Virus record (IMG/VR): IMGVR_UViG_3300040801_001812
Coordinates: 64,509-128,508 of that record
From: a virus
DNA length: 64,000 nt
Direction: 5' to 3' (one strand)
Under the pieces are notes generated by a model. It was given only the letters and a program-made list of their open reading frames with translations, was not told the DNA's origin and made no database searches. This document shows positions 45,685 through 55,081 of this stretch, one piece after another (within the stretch, counting starts at the first letter, position 1; the number at the start of each line of letters is the position of its first letter). The position numbers were made by a program, and so were the translations under genes.

Positions 45685-47088
45685 TTACACAGTGGTGTAA
45701 GTGATGCTTCCAGTGGCGTAGAAGTCACCGTTGATGGCCTTGACGCCGTACTGGCTCATCATGCCCTTACGGTTGAGCATGTCGTCCAGCACGTAGGTCG
45801 GAGTGGTGTACAGGGGCACGTACGGAGCGAAGACGTATCCGGCTTCGAGGAAGCTCGAACCCTTCCAACCGACGAGGAAGGTGTCTGCGTCAAGGTACGG
45901 ATCCTTGTAGATCGACCAGCGACCCTGGAGGGTACCGATGAAGACCACGCCGTTACCCGCGACAGCCTGCGGACGGAAGCCGTAGAGGCTCTCCACCACG
46001 TTGGCGACGTTGGTACCGCAGACCACGAAGTTACCAGTCCCCCGGCGAGTCGCACGGAAGATGAGGTTCGACGCCTCGATGAGAGCATCGATGAAGGTCT
46101 GCTTGTGGTCGTTGTACGAGACCGCAGCAGGCGCGGGCTTGTTCCAGGTAACGGAACCGGCGCTCGCGATGGTGAACAGGTCGCTGATGACGCGACGGTC
46201 AACGTCCCAGCGGATCTTCTCGGAGAGAAGCGCAACCAGCTCGCTCTCAGCGTCCATACCGTGGACCGCCTTGAGGTTGGTGGCCGCTTCAACCGACCAA
46301 CGAGCACGCAGCTTGTGGGGGATCGCCCGCACAGGCACGCTCGACAGGTTGATGTCCACGATTGGGATGTTCGCGGAACCTTCCGAGTTGTAGTAGTACG
46401 ACACGGTGATAGCAGTCGCGGCCAACTGGGCAGTGCCCAAGGTGAACGTGCTAATAGCGCCAGTGGCGTAGTTGATGGTCGGTGCAGTCACGGGGGCGGT
46501 GTTACCGGTGAAGATGAACCCACCAATACCGTTGTCCCGAGCTGTCCAAACAGCCTCGGTTCCGGTTACCTGACCAGACATCACAACGGTACCCGGACGG
46601 GCACTGCCGTAATCCAACGTCGAGGCCGGAATCACGGTGTTACCACCAGCGTCAGCAGCCGTCACGAGAGTCTCGCCGGTGACCGCCTCAGAAGAATACT
46701 GGTCGTCAGCAAGGTGACCCTTACGGGCGCTGAACATGGTGTCACCAGCGGTGACGGTTCCCTTTGAGGAACCATAGACCGCGTCAAGATAGAACACCAG
46801 CGAGGTCGGGCCGGTCATCGGCTGGACCGAAACGATGTCCTTCGCGATCAGGTTGGGGAACACGGCGCGGACGATGGGGAAGACGAACTTCTCGAACGAG
46901 CCGATAGAGCTGATCTTGACGTCCTCTTCCATGTTCGCGATGTACCTAGATTCGTTTTCGAGCAGCACGGCGGTGAGTTCACGAGCACCTTTGTCCTGAA
47001 TGGACTCAACCAAAGGACGCCACTTACCGGCGGCTAGCTGCTTGCCCATCTCTCCCATTGCCTGGGATTGAATTTCCTGAGCATTCAT
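45685..47088 (-). CDS. gp23: major capsid protein gp23
   Basis: LLENE, P.VR...PNLIA.DI.SVQPMTGPT.LVF, KL.A.WS.E...L...HG.DAE.EL, GY..APYVPL motifs. Confidence 0.97.
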   Translation of the reverse strand: MNAQEIQSQAMGEMGKQLAAGKWRPLVESIQDKGARELTAVLLENESRYIANMEEDVKISSIGSFEKFVFPIVRAVFPNLIAKDIVSVQPMTGPTSLVFYLDAVYGSSKGTVTAGDTMFSARKGHLADDQYSSEAVTGETLVTAADAGGNTVIPASTLDYGSARPGTVVMSGQVTGTEAVWTARDNGIGGFIFTGNTAPVTAPTINYATGAISTFTLGTAQLAATAITVSYYYNSEGSANIPIVDINLSSVPVRAIPHKLRARWSVEAATNLKAVHGMDAESELVALLSEKIRWDVDRRVISDLFTIASAGSVTWNKPAPAAVSYNDHKQTFIDALIEASNLIFRATRRGTGNFVVCGTNVANVVESLYGFRPQAVAGNGVVFIGTLQGRWSIYKDPYLDADTFLVGWKGSSFLEAGYVFAPYVPLYTTPTYVLDDMLNRKGMMSQYGVKAINGDFYATGSITYTTV

Positions 47089-47101
47089 ATCAGCCTCCTC
47101 C

Positions 47102-47692
47102 TTAGTTCAGGCCAGTACGGTCAAGGGCACCCTCGGTGAGTTCCTTATACCGGGCCATAGTTGGGTCGATGCCGTCGTCGCCGTCCTCGTTGAGAATGGC
47201 AGTCACGTCATCGGCGTCTTCGTTGATATCGTACTCATCAGCCTCAGCGGCTTCGAGTTTGGCGAGATGCGACTCCATCAGCCTATCGGCCTTGTCGTCG
47301 CCACCGACGGCTTCAGCCAAGAGCTGGTAACGACCGACAGTCTCCTGAATGATGCCGAGAGCGGCCTCATACTTGAGCTGAAGGTCAGCAACCTCGTCGG
47401 AATTCTCTTCCAACTCGGCCAGATATTGGATAACCTCGGTTGCCTCGGCGAGATCCTCTTCGAGAGCGTCGATGTGGTCAAGCAGGTCTTCCGGGGTGAT
47501 TTCCACCTCGTCGTCGTCATACTCGTCCTCTTCGAGATCTTCCGGAGAGATCACCCCAGCTTCCAGGGCCATCTCCACGAGGTCGTCATCCGAGTACTGA
47601 TCAAGCTCCTGACGCAGCTCTTCGGCCTCGTCAATCAGCTCTTCATCAGCCTCTTGAAGGCGATCTTTGATGAATTCGAGCCTGTTCTTCAT
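47102..47692 (-). CDS. nested scaffold protein from an internal in-frame start
   Basis: AGGAGG-aaccc-ATG inside the protease ORF at the start of the acidic coiled-coil. Confidence 0.6.
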   Translation of the reverse strand: MKNRLEFIKDRLQEADEELIDEAEELRQELDQYSDDDLVEMALEAGVISPEDLEEDEYDDDEVEITPEDLLDHIDALEEDLAEATEVIQYLAELEENSDEVADLQLKYEAALGIIQETVGRYQLLAEAVGGDDKADRLMESHLAKLEAAEADEYDINEDADDVTAILNEDGDDGIDPTMARYKELTEGALDRTGLN

Positions 47693-48574
47693 GGGTTCCT
47701 CCTGTGTCATATTTTCAGATGTGGGCCACATAAGCATGGCCTCACGGCTTTCTTCAACCTTGCTCAGCAGGTCTGTGACAACTGGCCTGTATGCAGGGTG
47801 TTCAGCAGCCAGACTTGTGAGTTCGTGACCAAGCTCCAGAACCTGAGAGTTAACCTCTTCCATCAGGTCCGGGGTCCGTTCGAGATCTTCAGAATGGGTC
47901 GCGTTATGCAAGTCGATGACGTGCTCTGCGATCTCGTTGAAGTCTCTGGTGCGGAACTCGTCGTCCTCGTAATCTCCGATTCCCAAGGCTTCCAGGTCGC
48001 TCATGAGCGCCTCGATCTCAGGATCGTCTTCGACGACGGTGACCTCAGCGTCTTCGACGCCTTCGGTCCTGCTCCCACCTTTAGATTCCCCCGAAGGACG
48101 GGGGAGCGCACCGGGGGTAGACGGTCGCGCTACAAAGTCAAATGTATTGAGTTTGAAGTCCTCCTGAACGCGTCCGTTCTGAACACTCCCAGACCCACGG
48201 GAACTGATGCCAACCTGAACGCCTGATTCAAACAGGCTCTTCAAGATTTTGCCGTTGGGGGTGGGCAGAATTTCTGCGGCTCCGGTCATCACGCCATCTT
48301 CCTGAAGTTCCAGGTTTGTGATCACGTGGCTGACTCGTTGAAGTTTCGTCTTACCGTCTGCTGGGTGGTCCAGTTCGCCGAACATGGCCTTGTTTTGCAG
48401 GGCCTCTACGACACGGGGTGCCTCCAGCTCTTTTTCCCAGATGCTGCGCGGGTAGACCCGCTTGTTCGCGTTCTCGGTGTCCGACCGCTGAAAAACTCCT
48501 TCAACGCGGAAGTTGCCATTCTCAGACTCTACGATCTGATATTCGAAAGGCATCACTTCGATCAAGTCGTTCAT
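47102..48574 (-). CDS. gp21: prohead protease gp21 fused to an acidic scaffold domain
   Basis: N.NKRVYP, GELDHP, VSH.I, TP.G.IL, GISSRG.GS, FDFV..PS.PGA; C-half is acidic coiled-coil. Confidence 0.93.
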   Translation of the reverse strand: MNDLIEVMPFEYQIVESENGNFRVEGVFQRSDTENANKRVYPRSIWEKELEAPRVVEALQNKAMFGELDHPADGKTKLQRVSHVITNLELQEDGVMTGAAEILPTPNGKILKSLFESGVQVGISSRGSGSVQNGRVQEDFKLNTFDFVARPSTPGALPRPSGESKGGSRTEGVEDAEVTVVEDDPEIEALMSDLEALGIGDYEDDEFRTRDFNEIAEHVIDLHNATHSEDLERTPDLMEEVNSQVLELGHELTSLAAEHPAYRPVVTDLLSKVEESREAMLMWPTSENMTQEEPMKNRLEFIKDRLQEADEELIDEAEELRQELDQYSDDDLVEMALEAGVISPEDLEEDEYDDDEVEITPEDLLDHIDALEEDLAEATEVIQYLAELEENSDEVADLQLKYEAALGIIQETVGRYQLLAEAVGGDDKADRLMESHLAKLEAAEADEYDINEDADDVTAILNEDGDDGIDPTMARYKELTEGALDRTGLN

Positions 48575-48583
48575 CAGTGGCTC

Positions 48584-48949
48584 CTAAAAATAGGTCGTTG
48601 ACCATTCACCAGACTGCATAGCTGGCACGTCTACGCGGATTTCGGATCTTTGAGAATCAACCGGATGCTTGTACACGACCCAGTAGTAGCTACCCAGGAG
48701 GTGTTCAAGGATCTTCCAGTCTTCCTCGTCGATATTCAGGGCCTCGCGAACGAGGGCAAAATCCCATTCGGTGGGATGTTCACAGATTTTGTACCACTGA
48801 GCGCGTTCCGTGACGTCACCGTCAGGGTAGTGCGAGATGTGCAACTCCGTATTGCTCGTTGGGAGCATCGAGTTTTCCATGTCGAGATGGAACCGGGTGA
48901 TGGATTCACCCGGAACGATATCGGCCTGGATAGCTCTACGGCGCTGCAT
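48584..48949 (-). CDS. hypothetical protein
   Basis: Fits the operon packing. Confidence 0.6.
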   Translation of the reverse strand: MQRRRAIQADIVPGESITRFHLDMENSMLPTSNTELHISHYPDGDVTERAQWYKICEHPTEWDFALVREALNIDEEDWKILEHLLGSYYWVVYKHPVDSQRSEIRVDVPAMQSGEWSTTYF

Positions 48950-48959
48950 ACCCGACTAC

Positions 48960-49232
48960 TTACGGAACCAGCGCCCAGATGGCGTCGAAGTGGACCATCG
49001 ATGCAACAAGATCCGTCACGAGGTTGGTGATATTGGTGTCGAAAGTGCTTTCGTCACCAGCGTTCACGACCTTTTCTGGATACAGGTTGCGGGTGTCGAT
49101 GTCATGCAGGGTCTGAATCGCCGCCCAAATCTGCCAGTACGACAGTTGGAGAGCGCGTTCAGCCTGATCCGTACCTACCCTGAGATCAATCCCATCGGGC
49201 AGACTCTGGAGATCCATGTTCGGATATGCCAT
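48960..49232 (-). CDS. small hypothetical protein, possibly structural
   Basis: SD AGGAGGT after an intergenic leader. Confidence 0.7.
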   Translation of the reverse strand: MAYPNMDLQSLPDGIDLRVGTDQAERALQLSYWQIWAAIQTLHDIDTRNLYPEKVVNAGDESTFDTNITNLVTDLVASMVHFDAIWALVP

Positions 49233-49340
49233 TCTGTTACCTCCTGTGGTTTAATGAGTGGTGTGAAACACCAGTTCCCTAATCACTCAATAATTTGGTT
49301 GGAGGTACAAGCAACCCGAATCGTGCCTGCTTTTTCAAGG

Positions 49341-49739
49341 TTATCGTTTTAGGGCTTGTTGTATATCCCCGTATAGGTCGGAAGGCATGGTAGCAACTTC
49401 GATTCTAGCGTCTTCGGTGAGACGCGAATTCAATACCTTCCCGCCCTTGATCAGGGGGATCAGATCGTCCACGCAGATCTCCCATTCATGGATGACCACA
49501 CCCTTCGGAGGTTCGTCCTCTTCCCAGATGCGTTCCTGCGCGTACCAGTCTGTTAGAGCCGCTCTTTGGGAGAAGAAAGCCCTCTCGGCGAGATTGTCGG
49601 AAGGGTCTACCTTCCAGGCATACAGCTTCACTTTACGGTGCTTGCGTCGTATGATGCCCTCGATCAACTTTTGGCGGATCTTAGGGTCCGCATCAAGCTC
49701 ACTGAGCTTGAGGACTTGCCGTTGCCTACGTAGGCTCAT
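49341..49739 (-). CDS. hypothetical protein
   Basis: TAATG-coupled. Confidence 0.65.
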   Translation of the reverse strand: MSLRRQRQVLKLSELDADPKIRQKLIEGIIRRKHRKVKLYAWKVDPSDNLAERAFFSQRAALTDWYAQERIWEEDEPPKGVVIHEWEICVDDLIPLIKGGKVLNSRLTEDARIEVATMPSDLYGDIQQALKR

Positions 49740-50464
49740 TAGTAGACCTTCCCACCTCTGAATTTTACGCTACGGCCATACCGCTGTCTATGCCACGCCT
49801 TGTTCGCCTTGTTCTGGGTGTAATGGGAATAGCGTACCCCCGCCTTCTTCACTCCCGCCCCTATCTTCTCGTAACCACCAAGATGACGAAGAGATTTGAA
49901 CATCAACCCCATAGCGGCCATGGCAACCGGGGCATAGATAACCCACTCGAAGGGGATCTTATCGATCACACGACCTACAGGAGCAAATACCCTCTTCCAG
50001 AACAACCGGAGTTTTGTTCTACTCGGTCTCTCGGGCATCTTCTGTGCTTCGTATGCGGCCTTGGACCAGTCGATTTTCGCCAACACGGCTTCAACGGTCT
50101 TGTCGTCTGGCTCGTCCAGCCCCCGATCCTTGGCGATCCGCTTCATAATCGACTTCATATACGGGTTAATAGCTTGCGTCACATGAGCGTTAAATACTGA
50201 CGAGGTAGTGACCGGAGCCATGTACCGAGGGTGGTGGGGGTCGAGGGTTGCTGGGTCTGGCTTATCCAAGTGGATAACCTTCGCTGCTTCGCTGAGCAGC
50301 CCACGATAATCACCCTCTTGAATCCTATCCACAAGGTTATCAAGACCGCGCACGACGTCCAGGGCCTCATCCTCCGTAACGTCTAGTCTCCGGGAGAGCA
50401 CCATAGCGAGGTTGTCCACTCCAGCAGCAACCTGACGGATCGCCTGTTCCTGTTCCGGGTGCAT
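49739..50464 (-). CDS. hypothetical protein: acidic N-terminus, hydrophobic segment, basic C-terminus
   Basis: TAATG-coupled; WVIYAPVAMAAMGLMF segment. Confidence 0.7.
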   Translation of the reverse strand: MHPEQEQAIRQVAAGVDNLAMVLSRRLDVTEDEALDVVRGLDNLVDRIQEGDYRGLLSEAAKVIHLDKPDPATLDPHHPRYMAPVTTSSVFNAHVTQAINPYMKSIMKRIAKDRGLDEPDDKTVEAVLAKIDWSKAAYEAQKMPERPSRTKLRLFWKRVFAPVGRVIDKIPFEWVIYAPVAMAAMGLMFKSLRHLGGYEKIGAGVKKAGVRYSHYTQNKANKAWHRQRYGRSVKFRGGKVY

Positions 50465-51960
50465 TAGTACGCCCCATAAGAAGACGGCATCCCATCCAAG
50501 TACCAGTCGTTGATCTCACGGCTGATATCCGGCAGGAGGCGGGCAACAAAATCATCGTAATACCGCTGGTTGAACGCTGGAGGTTGCCCATCCTTCTTGA
50601 TCGTGAAATTGCCCATGACGGCAGCGTTGAATTTAGCTGACTGCTGAACACTAGGCTTGTTCAGCGTGATCTTGATAGGGACATCAGCCTGCGGGTTGAC
50701 TTTAATCGTGTAGATCCGTTTCAAATCCACCACGTCCCCGGTTGCTTCAGCATGGAGGCTATGGAGCTTCTCTAGGATCCGGCGTTCCTGTTCGGCTTTC
50801 GACGCAGGCACCTTGTTCTTCGACCGGAGGTGCATACTCGATGCCCCAAACTCCATAGCGTTCACAACAGGGTTGATCTCGATCTTACGGAGCGTACGCC
50901 CCGCCCAGTTCTTGGACCTACCTACCTTGGACGTCTTGACGCTGTCTACAACCATGGAAACCACAGCCGAGAGCATCTGGCGGACAACCCAACGGCCCGC
51001 TGACTCTGCGGCCACGGCTACCTCGTCCTTTACGATCTCCTTCAAACGAGGGATCATGACTTGATTGACCCAGGTTTTGACGCCCGCCTTACCACTACGC
51101 TCGTGTCTGCGTAGAAGTTCTCGGCTAGTAGCAGGTTGACCCAGCCAGTCCTCGATCTCCTTCGCCTCCTTGGAGTGTTGGGAGATCTCCATCTTGCCCG
51201 TTACAACAGGCATCACATCCCGCTTAAGTGCGATAGAAGTCTCTTTCAGCACGTCAGTAGCAATCCGATCCTGGCGAGGTGTAAACCGTGGTTTAGGCTT
51301 ACGGGGTCCACGTTTTCGAGGCTTCGGTTTCCGGCTATGTGTTGGATACCACTCGACTATAGAATCACGAACTTTTTCATCTTTGCCCTCCAAATTGAGC
51401 GACCGGCTGAGGTGCTTAGTTGCCCCCGGAGGAGCAACAAAGTACATCCCCATTCGGCCCGACGTGTACAGCTTGTTCTTGATGAACAGCGGTGAGAAGA
51501 ACTGGCGCAAGAACCCTAGAAATACCTTCCTCTTGAACCGAGCTGACGGTACATCATTGGCAGGAAAAATGAGGGCCATATTATCGACCTTCGCGATCTG
51601 CTTCGCAAGAGCCGGGAAGTCTGTCCGGAAGTAGTTACGGTTCTTGATATGGCGTGGGTGAACCGAGACCTCGCCGATAACCGCAGCTTTGTTCACATCA
51701 ATACCGTGCATTTGAAGCTCATGAATTGATGGAAGTTCGATCATCCGGTAGGTTACGTTCTGCTGGATATCCAGAAGTGTATGGGACTTCTTGGGGTAAA
51801 ACGCGTGTTGGAAAATGGGCACCTCTACCCGCACCCGCTTCGAGGGGTGGAGTTCGTAACCACGCAGCGTCAGATCCATACCGTTAGTCCACTCGATATA
51901 CGGGGCATTGGGGAACCCGGTGTGTGCTGATGCTCGTTTGTGAAGCGCCGTACGCGACAT
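50464..51960 (-). CDS. basic hypothetical protein
   Basis: 498-aa ORF, SD GGAGGT. Confidence 0.75.
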   Translation of the reverse strand: MSRTALHKRASAHTGFPNAPYIEWTNGMDLTLRGYELHPSKRVRVEVPIFQHAFYPKKSHTLLDIQQNVTYRMIELPSIHELQMHGIDVNKAAVIGEVSVHPRHIKNRNYFRTDFPALAKQIAKVDNMALIFPANDVPSARFKRKVFLGFLRQFFSPLFIKNKLYTSGRMGMYFVAPPGATKHLSRSLNLEGKDEKVRDSIVEWYPTHSRKPKPRKRGPRKPKPRFTPRQDRIATDVLKETSIALKRDVMPVVTGKMEISQHSKEAKEIEDWLGQPATSRELLRRHERSGKAGVKTWVNQVMIPRLKEIVKDEVAVAAESAGRWVVRQMLSAVVSMVVDSVKTSKVGRSKNWAGRTLRKIEINPVVNAMEFGASSMHLRSKNKVPASKAEQERRILEKLHSLHAEATGDVVDLKRIYTIKVNPQADVPIKITLNKPSVQQSAKFNAAVMGNFTIKKDGQPPAFNQRYYDDFVARLLPDISREINDWYLDGMPSSYGAY

Positions 51961-51961
51961 A

Positions 51962-54217
51962 TTACCTCCGCAAGAACGAAACGTCCCAGGACTGCACGCC
52001 CGCCTTAGCAGACTTGTAACGCTCCGACCAGGACTTGTGGCGAACCTTTGGGTAGGGCTTGTTCGTCGTCATGGGGGCAGTACGTGTGTGCATCACTGCC
52101 CGATCCGGAGAAGGCAACTGGCCTCGGGGATCAGTGTCGTAACCCCGCATGATCCTGTCATGCCGACGCACATTTGCCATCTTCTGGGACGCGCCGAACT
52201 TCGTATCTGCTGTTGCTTCCAGCCCTGGGCGCATGTGGGATGGGATCTTGGGTGCTACACGCTTTACCTTCTTAGGAAGCGGGTTCTGTAGCCAGCCGAA
52301 GAAAAGCCCGTCTAAGACCGAGTGATTAAAGAAGTGCGTCTTAATCGTTTTGATTAGCGTGTTTGTGGCCTCTGGATACGGGTTCAACTTCATGACAACA
52401 AGGGGGACGATCCAGTCTCGGATCACGGCGATGATCGTGTGATACCGCCCGTAACGCTGCCCGTATTGATGATAGCGTTGGATCTGCTTCAACCCAGCCT
52501 GTTCTGACATCCGCATGGTTTCGAAATCAGAACGGGTCAGGGGGTGCACGGTAACTTCTTTGAGGAACTGAGTTACCTTCTGATCCCCAATCTTGTGCGT
52601 TCGCACAGTGTTTTGAAAGACCTTGTTCTGGATCGTGTTGTGCACCTTAGCTATAGAATCCAGCCGCTTGGGGTCGTGGCGCATCTGCTCGATGTGGCTT
52701 TTGGTAATCAAGCCGGTAGCCAATAGGCGACGACGGTTCTCTTCCATCTCACGGTCAAACGCGAGGATGCTATCCTGGTGCTTTTCAGCCGCCTTGAGGT
52801 GCCCCTCTAGGTACGACCGCATGGCTTCCAAGTCTGAAGTGTTGTTAGAGGCATCCAATTCTTTGGCGTACTCTAAGGCACGGGCGATACTCGTGTACCG
52901 GTGCTCCCCCTTGAACATGAGCTTTTTGCTCTCTGGGGATAGCCCGGTCAACCAGTTGGCGAACTGGGTGTAGTTACGGCTTTTCCCGGTCTGAGAGAAT
53001 CCAGATTCATGACCCGTACGGGTCTGCCCCTTACCGCTGCCCTTACTCTGTTTCGCGGCTCCCTTAGCAGCCCTCTTAGCTGCCTTCTTCGCGGCTTTCT
53101 TAGCTGCCTTCTTCGCGGCTTTCTTAGCTGCTGCATTTTCCTGTTCCGCAGCCACATCTGCCTTGGTCTTCACAGGCTCAGGCTGGGCATCGGGACCGGA
53201 TCCATACTCAGGGGAGTCTCCCATGTAAGCGTCAAAGTCGTCCTGTGATGGCAGGTTATCATCTACGCCATCAGCCGACCAGCCCGTTGGAGCTGCTGCG
53301 CTCTTCTTCCCATTCTTGCCCTTAGGCTTTGTGTCGGGAGGCGTAGAATCGTCGCTGTCGGTCTTTGGACCCTGCTCGTCGTTTGCTCCAGGGGTGCCGA
53401 AAAGCGGATCGAGGATCTCATCCGTGTTCGTAGTCCCGCCACTAGCCTGATCCAACATGGCTTTGTGGTCTAAGTGGTCCTGGGCAGTCGGGAACCGCGT
53501 GAGCATTCGTTCATGGATAACGCGGTACAGGGCTTCAGTTGCTTGGTCAAAACGCTGCCTTCCTCCTCCGACAAATTTCAGGTTTAACCCCTTGTTACTT
53601 CCGGAGTAGTCTTGCATGTCAGCCAGAAGATTATCCACCCGGTGCTTGAAGGCTTCTTTACTACGGCGGTCGTACTTCGGGCGACCCGTTTTTTGATTTT
53701 CTCCGGAGGGTTCTGGGGTAGGAAGGACGCCCAAGTCCGCGAGCGTATCAACCATACTCATAACTTGGTCCTTACCCATGGCCGTGAGACCACCACCGTC
53801 ACCCAGAAGTCCTTCTCCGGGATCGGCGATAGTTGAAACAGCCGCTGCTAGAAGGGCAGCATCATCGCTGAGCTTAGGACCGCCCGCTTCCTCTACGAGG
53901 CTTACGATTTCTTGGAATCGAGACCCCCCTTTTTTGCCCTCTGTGAGGGCCTCTACGCGGGGGGTCCGTTCTGGTGTAATCAGACTTCGCTGAGGGTTCA
54001 TGTTGCCTCGGGCGATGTTGTTCGTGTACTTCTTGCACTTACGGTAGTTGAAACCCACGAACGGGCACATCGCGCCGTCCAGAGCACAGAACTCCCCCTG
54101 CTCCTGGTCCAGGAAAGGGCAACGGCGGGAAGCGTCTGTGGCGGGCAGGGAAACACCGGGACCGCCTTGGTCCCCGTAGAACATGCCCAGGTCTGGAAAA
54201 CGGCTGTCTCTTGGCAT
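51962..54217 (-). CDS. multi-domain protein with N-terminal Cys cluster and H1-like KKAA repeats
   Basis: CPF..FC..CPF..C motif; AAKKAAKKAAKKAAKKAAKRAAK. Confidence 0.75.
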   Translation of the reverse strand: MPRDSRFPDLGMFYGDQGGPGVSLPATDASRRCPFLDQEQGEFCALDGAMCPFVGFNYRKCKKYTNNIARGNMNPQRSLITPERTPRVEALTEGKKGGSRFQEIVSLVEEAGGPKLSDDAALLAAAVSTIADPGEGLLGDGGGLTAMGKDQVMSMVDTLADLGVLPTPEPSGENQKTGRPKYDRRSKEAFKHRVDNLLADMQDYSGSNKGLNLKFVGGGRQRFDQATEALYRVIHERMLTRFPTAQDHLDHKAMLDQASGGTTNTDEILDPLFGTPGANDEQGPKTDSDDSTPPDTKPKGKNGKKSAAAPTGWSADGVDDNLPSQDDFDAYMGDSPEYGSGPDAQPEPVKTKADVAAEQENAAAKKAAKKAAKKAAKKAAKRAAKGAAKQSKGSGKGQTRTGHESGFSQTGKSRNYTQFANWLTGLSPESKKLMFKGEHRYTSIARALEYAKELDASNNTSDLEAMRSYLEGHLKAAEKHQDSILAFDREMEENRRRLLATGLITKSHIEQMRHDPKRLDSIAKVHNTIQNKVFQNTVRTHKIGDQKVTQFLKEVTVHPLTRSDFETMRMSEQAGLKQIQRYHQYGQRYGRYHTIIAVIRDWIVPLVVMKLNPYPEATNTLIKTIKTHFFNHSVLDGLFFGWLQNPLPKKVKRVAPKIPSHMRPGLEATADTKFGASQKMANVRRHDRIMRGYDTDPRGQLPSPDRAVMHTRTAPMTTNKPYPKVRHKSWSERYKSAKAGVQSWDVSFLRR
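53074..53131. repeat. 24-bp tandem repeat (about 2.4 copies) encoding KKAA
   Basis: tcttagctgccttcttcgcggctt x2 plus a partial copy. Confidence 0.9.
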
Positions 54218-54220
54218 TGG

Positions 54221-54589
54221 CTACGCTCCTGCGATCAGATCGTATACAGCGGGGTCTGTTCCTGATGTCTCCGTAATAACGAGGTCCGTTACTAGGGTAT
54301 TCAAGAGGATAAGCATCCCCGATGTAGACATCGGGAACACCGCAGCGTCGGAACTGTCATCTGTGACTTCGACCGAGACTGCCCCTGAAGACAAAGAAAA
54401 TAGGATCGCTGTTGCCTTGTTAGAGGGCAGGTCGTTGAAGTGAACCTCATGCGCTTCTCCCGCAGGAACGGAAGAGCGCAAGCGGCTCATCATCATGTCC
54501 ACATCCAGAGAAGGCGCGATACGCACCAACTCCTTCCGATCTACCTCGGTGGAGTGGTAGACCGACCCATCGAATGATAGGGTCGGCAT
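54221..54589 (-). CDS. small beta-rich protein, possibly head decoration
   Basis: Composition and head-module context. Confidence 0.6.
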   Translation of the reverse strand: MPTLSFDGSVYHSTEVDRKELVRIAPSLDVDMMMSRLRSSVPAGEAHEVHFNDLPSNKATAILFSLSSGAVSVEVTDDSSDAAVFPMSTSGMLILLNTLVTDLVITETSGTDPAVYDLIAGA

Positions 54590-54592
54590 GAC

Positions 54593-55078
54593 TTAGTCTC
54601 CAACAAACAGATTCGAGAAGTCCACGATCTCGTTGACGTCAGCCATCACCTGCGCGAAGCGGGCACCCGCCTCGGCTGCGTTGATCTTACCGGCGCGGAG
54701 ATCCCCGGCCACCTCGGACAACTCATCGTAGTGAAGATGGAGGGCGCGTTTCTGGAAATTGGGAACGGCCAGTGTATAGCACGAACTCAATCTCTCAACT
54801 GCACTGTCCAGCTTCTCCAGAAGCGATCCAGTAGGGAGTTTCGTGGGGTTGACTTCCACGTTCTCCGAGATCACCTCATCAATGTCTGAAAGCTCTTCAT
54901 ACCACATTTTCATAGCGTCTGCTCCTTCACCATAGTGGTGGTTGTTCCACCCACGGGCACGGGTGTCCCGTGCAACTTCGTCTCCCCCTCTGAGAAGGGA
55001 AGCAACAGCGGCCTGGATCGCGTCATCATCCACGATCTGGGACGCTCTAGCTAGCGGTTCACCTGTGCCACGAGGCAT
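54593..55078 (-). CDS. acidic hypothetical protein
   Basis: Operon packing. Confidence 0.7.
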   Translation of the reverse strand: MPRGTGEPLARASQIVDDDAIQAAVASLLRGGDEVARDTRARGWNNHHYGEGADAMKMWYEELSDIDEVISENVEVNPTKLPTGSLLEKLDSAVERLSSCYTLAVPNFQKRALHLHYDELSEVAGDLRAGKINAAEAGARFAQVMADVNEIVDFSNLFVGD

Positions 55079-55081
55079 GGA

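Noticed and set aside
45295-46767. 490-aa plus-strand ORF, and other long antisense ORFs (e.g. 34437..35363, 47267..48226, 39307..40113, 11005..11811)
   Set aside because: Shadow frames of strongly codon-biased minus-strand genes; no recognisable motifs or convincing SD
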